A DNA stretch of 50,777 nt from Candidatus Nomurabacteria bacterium (GCA_943357245.1 CALRGH010000002.1:1-50777), one strand, 5' to 3'; positions 18,032 to 29,214 are shown, counted from the stretch's first letter. A program made the numbers and translations. Notes: generated by a model from the letters alone, not told the origin.

Positions 18032-19747
18032 TTATTGAATGTCAATTATCCGAATACGGATCTCTTCGCGTCCCATAAACACCGAGCGGTCGATTGACCC
18101 GAGCACGGTCACCATACTCCCTACCGACACATGTTTCGGTAATGCATCTTCCGTCAAGAAAAATGAAAATGCTTTTCGTTTTTGGCCGTTTTGTTCAATA
18201 TGTACCGTCAGGTGTTCTTTCTTTTTGCCAAATGGCACCATATCGGTAATGGTAATTCCAGAGAATTTAAAAATTGGTTTGGTGTTTTCAAAACCAAACG
18301 GCGCAAGCTGTAATAATTCACTCATGAAGTCTTTTGATACGAGATCAAGCGTTGCTTCTTCTTCAAATTTTTCTGCAGTATCGCCTTTTTCTTTTTTTAT
18401 TTTTCCATAGGCACCGATCAATTTTTCTTCAAGCACTAATATTCCCTGTTCATCAATAGAAAATCCGCCCGCGCCTTCGTGGCCTCCGTATCCAAGAAAT
18501 ATATCTCCCGCTTCCTTCATCAAATCCACGACATGCACCGTGCCATTGCCACGACAGGAGCCTTTGATGATATCTCCTCCTTCTTTGCCCCAGACAAATA
18601 CCGGCCGATCATATTGTTCCAACAATTTTCCTGCGACAAGACCAAGCACCCCGACGCGCCATTCGGGATTGCCGACAACAATCACGTCTTTCACTTCACG
18701 TTTTTCCATATCTGCATGTACGTGCTTCATAATCCCAGCAACAATAGTTTTACGAGAGTCATTTATCGCGGTGAGTTGTTCTGCGAGTGCTCGTGCGCGG
18801 ACGGTATCAGTAGTTGAAAGCAATTCAAATGCAAGTTGAGGTGATTCCATTCGTGACGCAGCGTTCAATCGTGGCGCAATCATGAACGTCACATCATCTT
18901 CCGTGAGTTCGGTCATGTCCATACGCATCGCACGCGCAAGCGATACAAGTCCAGGCCGGCGCGTTTTGCGGAGCACCATGAGGCCGAATTTTGCAAACAC
19001 CCTGTTCTCATCTTGAAGCGGCACCATGTCGGCAAGGGTCGCAAGCCCGACCATATCGAGCATCCATTTTTCACTTCCTAGCGGAATATTGCGCGCTTCG
19101 CCATATTTTTTAATGTACGCGCAAACCAATTTGAAAAATACCCCAGTGCCGCACAATCCTTTCCATGGATATTTGTCTCCTTTTTGTTTTGGATTTAAAA
19201 TCGCAAACGCAGGAGGCAATTCATCATGTGGTTCATGGTGATCAGTGATGATAACATCGAGATTATTTTTTTGTGCATACGCCGTTTCTGTAATTGCCGT
19301 AATGCCGAGGTCAATCGTAATTAAAAGCGTCACGCCGTTTTTTACAAATCCTTCCACTGCATCCATATGCAGTCCATATCCTTCGTCATGGCGATGCGGA
19401 ATATACACCCGAACACCAGACCATGACGAAGATGCTGCATCGGCGCTCGGAGCGCCATCGTCATGGTTGGTGTGCGGGTAAAATTCGACAGGTATACCAA
19501 GTTTTCTGAAGAAATCAACAGCAACAGTAGCACCCGGAATGCCATCACAGTCATAATCGCTATAAATCACTATTTTTTCATTGCCAACGATAGCCTTTTC
19601 AAGCCGATCAACCACTTTTTCCATATTAAGGAGAAGAAATGGATCATGAACGTGATTGTCGTATGAAGGATTAAGAAATGCCTCGCGATTCTCTGTAGTA
19701 ATACCACGTCTCTCGAGTAATCTATCTATAATTTCCGCGTATCGCAT
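18032..19747 (-). CDS. recJ: Single-stranded-DNA-specific exonuclease RecJ
   Basis: 571 aa; DHH/DHHA1 motifs (DYDCDG, ITDHH, GGHEGAGG). Confidence 0.9.
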   Translation of the reverse strand: MRYAEIIDRLLERRGITTENREAFLNPSYDNHVHDPFLLLNMEKVVDRLEKAIVGNEKIVIYSDYDCDGIPGATVAVDFFRKLGIPVEFYPHTNHDDGAPSADAASSSWSGVRVYIPHRHDEGYGLHMDAVEGFVKNGVTLLITIDLGITAITETAYAQKNNLDVIITDHHEPHDELPPAFAILNPKQKGDKYPWKGLCGTGVFFKLVCAYIKKYGEARNIPLGSEKWMLDMVGLATLADMVPLQDENRVFAKFGLMVLRKTRRPGLVSLARAMRMDMTELTEDDVTFMIAPRLNAASRMESPQLAFELLSTTDTVRARALAEQLTAINDSRKTIVAGIMKHVHADMEKREVKDVIVVGNPEWRVGVLGLVAGKLLEQYDRPVFVWGKEGGDIIKGSCRGNGTVHVVDLMKEAGDIFLGYGGHEGAGGFSIDEQGILVLEEKLIGAYGKIKKEKGDTAEKFEEEATLDLVSKDFMSELLQLAPFGFENTKPIFKFSGITITDMVPFGKKKEHLTVHIEQNGQKRKAFSFFLTEDALPKHVSVGSMVTVLGSIDRSVFMGREEIRIRIIDIQ

Positions 19748-19797
19748 GAAGAGATTCTAGCACAATCATTACTGATGCTATATAATTGCAATTATGG

Positions 19798-19919
19798 ATC
19801 CCGTTAGAGGCCGCGGTCGCTATAGGGTAACCATTACTGAAGTAACGCAAAATATTTTATTCAACTAACTATACTGCAGGAAAGCGCTCTATTGACCGCG
19901 ACCTGCCTCTAAACGGGAT
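19798..19919. repeat. About 120-bp element bounded by an imperfect 22-bp inverted repeat
   Basis: ATCCCGTTAGAGGC..CGCGGTC (19798-19818) pairs with GACCGCG..GCCTCTAAACGGGAT (19895-19919). The right arm contains the HIT start codon. Confidence 0.6.
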
Positions 19920-20331
19920 GGAATCAACCGACACTATTTTCACCAAAATTATTAACCGAGAATTACCAGCGCATATTGCGTACGAAGACGCAGACACGAT
20001 TGCATTTTTAGACATTCATCCTGTTGCTATGGGACATTTATTGCTCGTGGCACGAGAACCAATCGCATGGATGCAAGACGTACCCGATGAACTCATCGCT
20101 AAAATGTTCATCAAAGCAAAAGCACTTATGAAGGCAATGATCGAGGGTTTGAAATGTGACTATGTGCAACTTACCGTTGTCGGCAAAGATGTTCCCCGCT
20201 TTCACATTCATCTCATTCCAAGACATTTAAATGACCGCGTAGATATTGTTTCTGCAAAAGTGTACAACGACGGCGAAGCCGAAGTATATCTTGAGCAAAT
20301 TAAAGATGGTATAAAAAAAGCCTCCGTATAA
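19918..20331 (+). CDS. HIT-family (histidine triad) protein
   Basis: 137 aa; HIHLIP histidine triad. Confidence 0.88.
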   Translation: MESTDTIFTKIINRELPAHIAYEDADTIAFLDIHPVAMGHLLLVAREPIAWMQDVPDELIAKMFIKAKALMKAMIEGLKCDYVQLTVVGKDVPRFHIHLIPRHLNDRVDIVSAKVYNDGEAEVYLEQIKDGIKKASV

Positions 20332-20345
20332 TACGGAGGCTTTTT
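20313..20345. terminator. Bidirectional intrinsic terminator
   Basis: GCCTCCGTA-TAA-TACGGAGGC with A-run and T-run. The HIT stop codon is the loop. Confidence 0.85.
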
Positions 20346-20358
20346 GATTACAACATTA

Positions 20359-20877
20359 TTATTTTTTTTCAGAAAAATCAATTTCACTTATTATTGATTG
20401 TTTCGATTTTCCTAAACCAGCAAGATATACTTTGCCATATTTCGTGATTTTCGCATGAGTATCCTCATTGCTAAGTGAGACATACAAACAAGTCTTGAGA
20501 ATGACAAATGCTGCGCGCAAATGAGTGAGCATGTATTTCTCATAAGGCTGTCGAAAAGAATTTACCTCACGAAGCACTTCCTCAATATCAGCAGCTGGTC
20601 CATGTCCGGCACTAATATTTTTTTTAATTATTGTCGGAATTACTTGAAGTGCTTGGATTTCAACACTGTCATCTTTAAGTTCAACAAAAGGAAGCTCGCC
20701 ATCAAGAACAACAGATACCCCTTTGCTGTTCAAATATTCGAACATGTTCTCAATTTGAGTAACAGAAAATGGATCAGTCCCGAACACTTTTCGAAGAAAA
20801 TCATTGGGAAGTCCTGTTGCGTTTGCGAGTGTAAGCTTGTTGCGATCTTTTGGAAACGTAGCCTGAATCTTTATCAT
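20359..20877 (-). CDS. Hypothetical protein
   Basis: Start trimmed to MIKIQATF, because the longer ORF (to 20991) runs through repeat element copy 2. Confidence 0.45.
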   Translation of the reverse strand: MIKIQATFPKDRNKLTLANATGLPNDFLRKVFGTDPFSVTQIENMFEYLNSKGVSVVLDGELPFVELKDDSVEIQALQVIPTIIKKNISAGHGPAADIEEVLREVNSFRQPYEKYMLTHLRAAFVILKTCLYVSLSNEDTHAKITKYGKVYLAGLGKSKQSIISEIDFSEKK

Positions 20878-20921
20878 GGTGTGAAATTTTTCTTTACTGT
20901 ACACCCTACAGGAAAAAGTGC

Positions 20922-21000
20922 AACCCCGTAGTAGATTTTGGCAAAGCACTCTGTGCGATCCGACACTTGTCGGATCATTGCCAAAATTCACTACAGGGCA
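20922..21000. repeat. About 79-bp inverted-repeat element, copy 2
   Basis: Arms CCCCGTAGTAGATTTTGGCAAAGCA / ATTGCCAAAATTCACTACAGGG nearly identical to copy 1. The interior differs but again forms two small hairpins. Confidence 0.75.
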
Positions 21001-21007
21001 AGCCCCA

Positions 21008-22120
21008 CTATTTCAACGCCTTAATCCCTGGAAGGGTGCCTTTTGCCAAATAGTCGAGGGTTGCACCACCACCAGTCGAGACAAATGTGAATTTGTCTTC
21101 TAATTTGAGCTCATTCACCATTTCTACGGTATCACCACCACCGATGATTGTTTTGGCTTTTTCATTGGCGAGTAATTTCAAAATAGCCTTTGTTTGCTTG
21201 TCAAAACCGAGCTCATAAACACCTGTCGGACCATTCCAAAGCACTAATTTTGCATCGGAAATTATAGGTTTTAAGAGTTTTACGGATTCTGGTCCGATAT
21301 CCATGATCTTGTCATTCGGCAACACATGTGCAAGCGTTTTTACGATATGTTCACTACCAGAAAGCGTGGTGACATCGATCGGTAAGAGTAATTTCTTATT
21401 GGTAAGCATCGCCCCAAATCCAAAATCCTTCTCTTCAACAAGTGACGCGCCAACTTCGTAGCCAGCAGATTTGAAAAAGTTGTTCGCGAGTGCGCCGGAA
21501 ATAAAAACAGCGTCCGCTGTTTTTAAGAATTTTTTAATAAGGGGTGCCTTTGTCTCAAATTTTGCACCACCTAAAATAAAAAGAAATGGGTGTGCTGGTT
21601 TTTCTAAAACAATTTTCAAATTTTTAATTTCCGCTTCAAATTGCAATCCTGCATAGCTCGGCAAGTATTTAGGTACACCGACAATGGATGCGTGTGTCCG
21701 GTGTGAGACAGAAAATGCGTCATTCACATAGATATCTGCCATACTTGCAAGCTTTTTCGCAAAAGCAGGAGTATTTTTCTTTTCACCATCTTCTTTGCGA
21801 ATGTTCTCAAGAAGCACAATTGCATTTTTCGCAAGCGCTCCCACTTCTTCTTTTGAAAGCATTGTTTTTGTACTTGCAATTACGGGTACAAATTTCGAAA
21901 GTACTTTCGCAACTGGCGCAAGTGATTGTGCGCCATCATCTCCCGCATGCGACACAATAATGACGCGAGCACCTTTTTTATGTAAAAACTCGATCGTCGG
22001 CAACGCTTTTTTAATACGAAACATGTCTCGTACTTTTCCATTCTGTATCGGGACATTAAAGTCCGCACGAAGTAATACTGTTTTTCCTTTTAGATTTTTG
22101 ATTGATCTTATTGAATTCAT
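21008..22120 (-). CDS. pgk: Phosphoglycerate kinase
   Basis: 370 aa; LLRADFNVP N-terminus; STGGGA C-terminal motif. Confidence 0.95.
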   Translation of the reverse strand: MNSIRSIKNLKGKTVLLRADFNVPIQNGKVRDMFRIKKALPTIEFLHKKGARVIIVSHAGDDGAQSLAPVAKVLSKFVPVIASTKTMLSKEEVGALAKNAIVLLENIRKEDGEKKNTPAFAKKLASMADIYVNDAFSVSHRTHASIVGVPKYLPSYAGLQFEAEIKNLKIVLEKPAHPFLFILGGAKFETKAPLIKKFLKTADAVFISGALANNFFKSAGYEVGASLVEEKDFGFGAMLTNKKLLLPIDVTTLSGSEHIVKTLAHVLPNDKIMDIGPESVKLLKPIISDAKLVLWNGPTGVYELGFDKQTKAILKLLANEKAKTIIGGGDTVEMVNELKLEDKFTFVSTGGGATLDYLAKGTLPGIKALK

Positions 22121-22121
22121 G

Positions 22122-22868
22122 TTAATTTATGATTGCTGAAAATTGTTTCGAGTTCAAACTTGCTCGTCCTACCAACAGTCCATCTACTCCACCCTGTTCA
22201 AGAAATACATGCGCATTTTTTTCATCCACAGAACCACCATACAAAATGGACACTTTTTTTGACTCTTTGTTCCCAAACATATCTGCCAATACTTTTTTGA
22301 TATAGATTGCCATCTCTTCGCATTCTTTTACTGTCGCCTCGCGCTTGGCGTTTTTGCCGATTGCCCAGACGGGCTCATATGCAATAATTACATCCGCCAT
22401 TTTTGCTTTTGGAATTCCTGTGAGTGCCAATTCGATTTGAGATTTTACTGCGTGCAAATACCACATATCGCCTTCGCGCTCTTTTTCACCAACACAAAGT
22501 ATTGGGGTGATATTTTTTGCAATACACTCTTTAAGTTGTTCGCTTATGTTCGCATCAGTCTCGCCTCGTGCGCGCATTTCAGAATGTCCGAGAATTGCAT
22601 GGGATGCACCGAGTTTTTTCACCATTGCGAGTGATACCATGCCCGTTTGCGCGCCAGTATCGCCAATCGTGCCACCTTGCGACGCAAGTTTAATTTTACC
22701 AAGACCTGCACGCTTAATAGACTCTAAATAAAGCATTGGCGGAGCGACAATAATGGTATTTTTATTTTTACCTGCGAGTGATTTTACCTTTTTAAAGAGC
22801 GCGACCGCTTCTTTGCCGGTAAGTGGGTTCATTTTCCAGTTTGCAACGATGATTTTTTTGCTAGTCAT
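22122..22868 (-). CDS. tpiA: Triosephosphate isomerase
   Basis: 248 aa; ANWKMN, ILGHSE, AYEPVWAIG motifs. Confidence 0.95.
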   Translation of the reverse strand: MTSKKIIVANWKMNPLTGKEAVALFKKVKSLAGKNKNTIIVAPPMLYLESIKRAGLGKIKLASQGGTIGDTGAQTGMVSLAMVKKLGASHAILGHSEMRARGETDANISEQLKECIAKNITPILCVGEKEREGDMWYLHAVKSQIELALTGIPKAKMADVIIAYEPVWAIGKNAKREATVKECEEMAIYIKKVLADMFGNKESKKVSILYGGSVDEKNAHVFLEQGGVDGLLVGRASLNSKQFSAIIN

Positions 22869-22926
22869 ACGGACAATTGTAGCATATTTTCTTTTTCATC
22901 CCACCAAAAAAATTCTTTCGTAACTA

Positions 22927-22947
22927 TGTGAGGCCTTGCCTCACACA
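22927..22947 (+). repeat. REP-like hairpin, copy 1 (TGTGAGGCCTTGCCTCACACA)
   Basis: 8-bp stem TGTGAGGC/GCCTCACA with loop CTT, 2 nt from the RT stop codon. Confidence 0.85.
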
Positions 22948-22949
22948 GA

Positions 22950-24308
<1,359 letters not shown>

Positions 24309-24366
24309 TGCATAGAAAAACCCCGCTGAAATCTAGGATTTCTAACAGGGAAAAAGAAATGAGTTT

Positions 24367-24497
24367 CGGGTACGGAAAACAAACTTGTTATTCGAATTCC
24401 ACCTGTTCGTAGGCTTCGCCGTATTCGCGTTCAGTTCGAGCTGGTCGCCATTATCGTTACAGTTGAACACGTTCGGATTGCCATCACGGTCAGTTTT
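24367..24497 (-). repeat. DGR template repeat (TR)
   Basis: 131 bp homologous to 24815-24945, rich in AAC/AAT codons in gene sense. Every position that differs from VR is A in TR. Confidence 0.88.
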
Positions 24498-24801
24498 GTA
24501 TGCAATGCCATCAGTCTCACTGCCGATCCAAGCGCCTGTGCCAGGGATCGTGCTGTACATATTGTGCGATCGAAAATCGCAAGCATCGCATACCAAGTAA
24601 TTTCTTTTTTTGGACACCATACAAACCACACTATGCACAACTCTAGTCATGCATATTCTCAATTTGCATATGCCAGTGAGGTTTCAGAAAGCCTTAGCCG
24701 TCCAATATCACCAAACCAAATATGATTATACAAAAAAATCGAACAAAGTATCTAAGCATCAAAAACACAAAGTTTCAAAACAATGCTAAGTTACCAAATC
24801 A

Positions 24802-26667
24802 CTAAGCGCTCTTGCGGGTACGGAAAACAAACCGGTTACGCGAATTCCACCTGCGCGTAGGCTCCGCCGCAGGCGCGAACAGCTCGAGCTGGTCGCCATC
24901 AGCGCTACAGCGGAACACGTCCGGATCGCCATCACGGCCAGCTATCTGCTCCATGGCAATCAACATCCAGTCTCTACTATCAGTCTTTAATCGAAGCGCA
25001 GGACCGACTTCTGCGGGGCATAATTCTAATCCATATTCCATTCCTTTTTTATAGATTTCATTGGTTGTTGCGCCATTTGAGAATCCAAGGGCTTCAACCG
25101 TAAGTCGTACCAGTTCGGCTTGTTCTTTGTTTTTTGAAAACGATGTCTTTTTGAGTAAATCATCTCCCCACTCACTAATATAGATATTTTTTGCGTCGAG
25201 TTGTTTTCTTGTCTCTTTTTCATTCGTACCGCCTATCTCTACGTTATACTTGTGTAATTTCCCTTCTGGAAACGCAGTGTAGATATGCTCGATATCTGAT
25301 TTGAAAATGCCAGGAAAAAGCGGACCGACATATGCCTTGGTGTTCTTGTTTATTTCTTGTTGTGTGGTTGCGATTTGCTCCGATGTGCATGCAAACACCA
25401 TTAGCGCATCTTCATTTTTATTTCGCTTTGTGCGAAGCTCTGCTATGCGCGGATCGCGTTCGTAGCCGAATCCTTCAATCGTATTATCTATCTCGTACAG
25501 GAATACAAGATCGTCTTTGGTAAATGGTTCATTTTGCTCTTGTTTTTTTACAAGCGACGTCATGGTACGTATGTCGAGCGACTTTTTATCAAATTTCTCA
25601 CCGCCAGGGAGTGTGTGGTATTGCGCTTGAGCTATCTCAACGAGCGCAGGTTCAAGCTCTTGCCGGTGATTAACTCCGCGAACTTCTTGAACAGCATCGC
25701 CTACCATACGGATAGCAATGCGAGGTTCTGTGTAATTTCCGGACTTTCCTTTCGTATAGTACACATAAAAATCTCCCTCTTCTAAATGTGCGTGCGCAGA
25801 TCCTTCTGCGGTACACCATCCGGTATTTTTGCCACGAATAGTATCCTCAAGTACGTGATAGTCAGACCCTTGCTCAAACTTTACCCATTCGCCTTTTATG
25901 GATTCACGATTGAGCGATCCTGCGGTTTCTAGTTGTGCAAATGTATACAGTTTTATAAAATCTTTTTTATCGATTATCTTTTGCAACGTGTCTCTTTTTT
26001 GCTGTTTTATAGTTATTTCTTCCTGCGTATCCTGTTCCTCCGGCGCAAATTCTTTGTGGCCGATACCTGTCGAGAGCATTCGGTACACAAATCCAAGCGC
26101 TTCGGAATTGATCTCTGGAAAAGGCGCAACGGTATACTCAGTGCGTTTTGAGTATTCGCCTTTTTCTTTGTCGAGTGTCCCCATCTTTGCGAGATTACGC
26201 ACGACAAAATATCGAAACCACGTCGGATATGAAGCGTCATTTTGTTCTAAATAATCGAGCCACGAATGCAACGTTTTTTCTTGAACGTCGTGCTTCTCTT
26301 CTACGGCATGTTTATATTTTTCAAGAAGGTCGTCGTTTGTATCTATATCCATAATCTGTGCGCCATGACCTCGCTCAATAGCAATTTTCTTTTCTGATTG
26401 ATACAAACCGTGCGCTATTTTGAGTACTGTCTCTTCATTATTTGTATCAATGGTAAGATCTTTGGTAATTTTGTGTTTGAGTAACTCCCATCCTCGCTCG
26501 TCTTCTACGATCGCACCGAGTCGTCCAATATACGCCTCAATACGTTCATCGCGAGCGTGCGGTGCAAATTTCCGTTCAGGATCTTTCTTCGCTTGCTCAA
26601 CTGCTCTACTTACTTCTTTTGAACCCGTTAAATCAGGGTATTTTTTATCTAAAAATCCTTCTGCCAT
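24802..26667 (-). CDS. DGR target protein (variable C-terminus, putative C-type-lectin-like fold; N-terminal region of unknown function)
   Basis: Start trimmed to MAEGFLDKK, because the ORF-track start 26724 lies inside REP copy 2. No signal peptide. C-terminus ...RWNSRNRFVFRTRKSA is encoded by VR. Confidence 0.8.
   Translation of the reverse strand: MAEGFLDKKYPDLTGSKEVSRAVEQAKKDPERKFAPHARDERIEAYIGRLGAIVEDERGWELLKHKITKDLTIDTNNEETVLKIAHGLYQSEKKIAIERGHGAQIMDIDTNDDLLEKYKHAVEEKHDVQEKTLHSWLDYLEQNDASYPTWFRYFVVRNLAKMGTLDKEKGEYSKRTEYTVAPFPEINSEALGFVYRMLSTGIGHKEFAPEEQDTQEEITIKQQKRDTLQKIIDKKDFIKLYTFAQLETAGSLNRESIKGEWVKFEQGSDYHVLEDTIRGKNTGWCTAEGSAHAHLEEGDFYVYYTKGKSGNYTEPRIAIRMVGDAVQEVRGVNHRQELEPALVEIAQAQYHTLPGGEKFDKKSLDIRTMTSLVKKQEQNEPFTKDDLVFLYEIDNTIEGFGYERDPRIAELRTKRNKNEDALMVFACTSEQIATTQQEINKNTKAYVGPLFPGIFKSDIEHIYTAFPEGKLHKYNVEIGGTNEKETRKQLDAKNIYISEWGDDLLKKTSFSKNKEQAELVRLTVEALGFSNGATTNEIYKKGMEYGLELCPAEVGPALRLKTDSRDWMLIAMEQIAGRDGDPDVFRCSADGDQLELFAPAAEPTRRWNSRNRFVFRTRKSA
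24815..24945 (-). repeat. DGR variable repeat (VR)
   Basis: Covers the last 44 codons of the target ORF except the final KSA. 23 substitutions relative to TR, all at TR-A positions (hand alignment). Confidence 0.88.
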
Positions 26668-26706
26668 GGATATATCATACCTGCTACCTCCTTCTATGAC
26701 AATCTG

Positions 26707-26727
26707 TGTGAGGCCTTGCCTCACACA
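26707..26727 (+). repeat. REP-like hairpin, copy 2
   Basis: 21-mer identical to copy 1 and in the same orientation, between the transposase stop and the target-gene start. Confidence 0.85.
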
Positions 26728-26730
26728 AAA

Positions 26731-27387
26731 CTACTCTTTGTACATAATCCATTCCATAATTTCTTTTTGAAAACTTGCTTCGGTTGGAAAATAATTTGGA
26801 AAGGGTTTTCGATTAACAACCTCAAACTTAGATACTTTGCTGTCTAAAAAGTTTTGGTAGCTTGAATATTCATAATCATTAAGATATTTGATTACTTCTT
26901 TTTTATTCTTAATCCCCTCTTCTTTCCATTTTGGATCAATAAGTTTAACGGGGTTCAAATGAATATACGAAAAAATATACTTCAAATATCGATCTGTGCC
27001 TATATGTTCTGCTTTGAATTTTCCTTCAAACAATGACCCTGTTCTCTCATATTTTTCGTTATAATACATTGCATATGCTGTTGCCAGTTTTTGCATAAAT
27101 TTACTAATCCCATCCTCAACAACAGGAGTAAGGAGGATATGAAAATGATTTGGCATTAGACAATACGCTCCAATAGCAACTAATTTATGTTTTTCATCAA
27201 CAAGAGTAGCCACCTCTGTTCTGTGTAAATTATATGTGTTGAATGGTTCTGTGCTATTTGCAAAATATAAAATTTCTAAAAAACGCAAATAATCATATTT
27301 GCTATGAAATATTTTCTGCTTACTGTTACCACGATTATAAACGTGATAATATTCACCCTCAACAAATTTTATTGTTCGAGTAGACAT
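26731..27387 (-). CDS. IS200/IS605-type Y1 HUH transposase / REP-associated tyrosine transposase (RAYT)-like
   Basis: Start trimmed to MSTRTIKF. YCLMPNHFHILL (HUH) and YIHLNPVK (catalytic Tyr region). Flanked by inverted REP copies. Confidence 0.8.
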   Translation of the reverse strand: MSTRTIKFVEGEYYHVYNRGNSKQKIFHSKYDYLRFLEILYFANSTEPFNTYNLHRTEVATLVDEKHKLVAIGAYCLMPNHFHILLTPVVEDGISKFMQKLATAYAMYYNEKYERTGSLFEGKFKAEHIGTDRYLKYIFSYIHLNPVKLIDPKWKEEGIKNKKEVIKYLNDYEYSSYQNFLDSKVSKFEVVNRKPFPNYFPTEASFQKEIMEWIMYKE

Positions 27388-27402
27388 ATATCTATTGTAT
27401 TC

Positions 27403-27439
27403 AATAACCTGTGTGAGGCAAGGCCTCACACAGGTTATT
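27403..27439 (-). repeat. REP-like hairpin, copy 3 (inverted, extended)
   Basis: AATAACCTGTGTGAGGC-AAG-GCCTCACACAGGTTATT, a perfect 17-bp stem. The core is the reverse complement of copies 1 and 2. Overlaps the stop codon of 27435..29207. Confidence 0.85.
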
Positions 27440-29207
27440 CTGTTTCTTTCCACCCAGATACCATCCACCCTCCTGATGGCCCACTGGTAAAATCCACATT
27501 AATAAGCCCTGAACCGTACGTAACCGTCGAATTGTTCTGTAGTTTTATTTTATTACCCACCACTTCTTTAACAGAAGCATTGTTTGAAAAACTAACCGTT
27601 CCTTTTTGGGCATTTGCAATGACGATGTCTGAATTGTTATTTACCGAAATAGCATCAAGTGCCCCACATGGATTACCTGGCGTATCCGCGTCGCAAGTAC
27701 TTGTCGAGAGGAGCATAATATAACTGCCCGCTGTTCCTGAATCTTGAAAGACAATGTTATTGCCAAGTGAAATATATCCATCAGCGATGATGAGTCCACT
27801 CGTCGTACCATAACTTGAATTTAATTTGACGATAGCATTACCGGAAATAATAAGATCGCCTGTAACCCAAAGCGTATCGGAGAGAGTAAGTGTTCCCGAC
27901 ACGGTAAGGTTGCCGACAATTTTTCTCGGGCCAAGTGTTGATATTCCTGATACGGTCACATCGCCCGTCGTAACACCCCCTAAAAGCGCATCGTCTTTCC
28001 ATTCTGCAATATTCGCATCAGACACCGGCAAACTTTCAGCCGTTGGATCAGCTTGTGAGGTATCGCACGCTTGATCGTTGCCATTTCCCGTCTGGCAATA
28101 CAAATCTCCTGTTGCTGTTGAGTTGGTAATAGTGTTCGCATGAGCACTTCCTGTACCACCGGTTCCTATATCCATATTATTTATATATGAATTAATTCCT
28201 CCTAAATATACTTTGAAATATCCATCAAGTCCTGTTGGTGTTGTATTGTTCCACGTACCACTATACGCACCGATTTTTGCTTGGCCGTTTGCGTATCCAG
28301 TGTTTGCGCCGAGGGTATAATATTTTGTCGCACTCGTTGCACCATCAATAACAAGCCAATACGTCGTTCCGGAAAGTAATTGTGGATTTGCGGTAAATGG
28401 CACTGATACCCATCCATAACTTCCCGTAACCAAAGTCGCATTCAATGTACCACTTGCAAGCGTTGTTGTACTTGGTGAACTGCCACTATTGGTAACGATC
28501 CGCACCGTGGCATTACTTGGTGTGCTCGTTTTCTTAATATAGAGATCGACTTTATTTACTAACCCTGTCGTACTCAGTTGAAAACTCTGTGCGACATCTT
28601 GAGTGCTGTTTGCATTACCAAATACAATACTATCTGTTGGTGTTGATGGTGTATCATTTGTCTGATCAGCAGCGAGTGCTGGGGCGTTGGCGACAAACAC
28701 ATCACCGGTTATAAAAGCACCATTTGCACCAATAATAGGGCCATTGCTGTACAAACTTCCATACAGCCCTGCATTATTTTTAAATTCAACACCAAGCTCA
28801 CCTCCTTGCGTACCGTATTTAAAGACAACTCCTGCGCCTGTCGTAAGTGTTGTCGAAACTCGTCTGTTTTTTTCATAACTATCACCAAGAGATACTATTT
28901 GTTTTTGATTGCTTCCTACGGAAGTAATTGCTGTGGTTGCTTCACCATCTGCCGTAGTAATTGTTTCGCTTGAATCTATTTGCTTATTGTGTTTGATACG
29001 ATAGACCGCATCTTCAACGCCTGATTCTGCTAAGAAATAACTCTTTTTTGATAATACGGAATCGCTCGTGTTTCTGTATTCCCTCACCACAGGAGCAATA
29101 AGCCCAATACCAACTGCAGATGAAATAGACACAAAAAAGATAACCGCGAGTAACATCACGAGTCCACTTTGCATATTTATTTTTTGTGTTTTTTGTATTT
29201 TTTGCAT
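27435..29207 (-). CDS. Large PilX-like pilus-associated protein (N-terminal TM anchor, beta-rich extracellular region)
   Basis: 590 aa; N-terminus GLVMLLAVIFFVSISSAVG resembles the PilX_N type. Last gene of the pilin block. Confidence 0.6.
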   Translation of the reverse strand: MQKIQKTQKINMQSGLVMLLAVIFFVSISSAVGIGLIAPVVREYRNTSDSVLSKKSYFLAESGVEDAVYRIKHNKQIDSSETITTADGEATTAITSVGSNQKQIVSLGDSYEKNRRVSTTLTTGAGVVFKYGTQGGELGVEFKNNAGLYGSLYSNGPIIGANGAFITGDVFVANAPALAADQTNDTPSTPTDSIVFGNANSTQDVAQSFQLSTTGLVNKVDLYIKKTSTPSNATVRIVTNSGSSPSTTTLASGTLNATLVTGSYGWVSVPFTANPQLLSGTTYWLVIDGATSATKYYTLGANTGYANGQAKIGAYSGTWNNTTPTGLDGYFKVYLGGINSYINNMDIGTGGTGSAHANTITNSTATGDLYCQTGNGNDQACDTSQADPTAESLPVSDANIAEWKDDALLGGVTTGDVTVSGISTLGPRKIVGNLTVSGTLTLSDTLWVTGDLIISGNAIVKLNSSYGTTSGLIIADGYISLGNNIVFQDSGTAGSYIMLLSTSTCDADTPGNPCGALDAISVNNNSDIVIANAQKGTVSFSNNASVKEVVGNKIKLQNNSTVTYGSGLINVDFTSGPSGGWMVSGWKETE

Positions 29208-29214
29208 CTTTTTT

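Noticed and set aside
19798-19919. SRP (4.5S) RNA or a known riboswitch
   Set aside because: There is no SRP domain IV motif (GNRA loop with a flanking AGCA/GGAA symmetric loop). The core is AT-rich, and I recognise no conserved riboswitch sequence.
24342-24662. 106-aa ORF covering the template repeat
   Set aside because: It is the TR plus a decayed copy of the target C-terminus. The Asn-rich reading (NCNDNG..NANTAKPTN..NSNNK) is the expected consequence of AAC/AAT-rich TR sequence, not evidence for an expressed protein.
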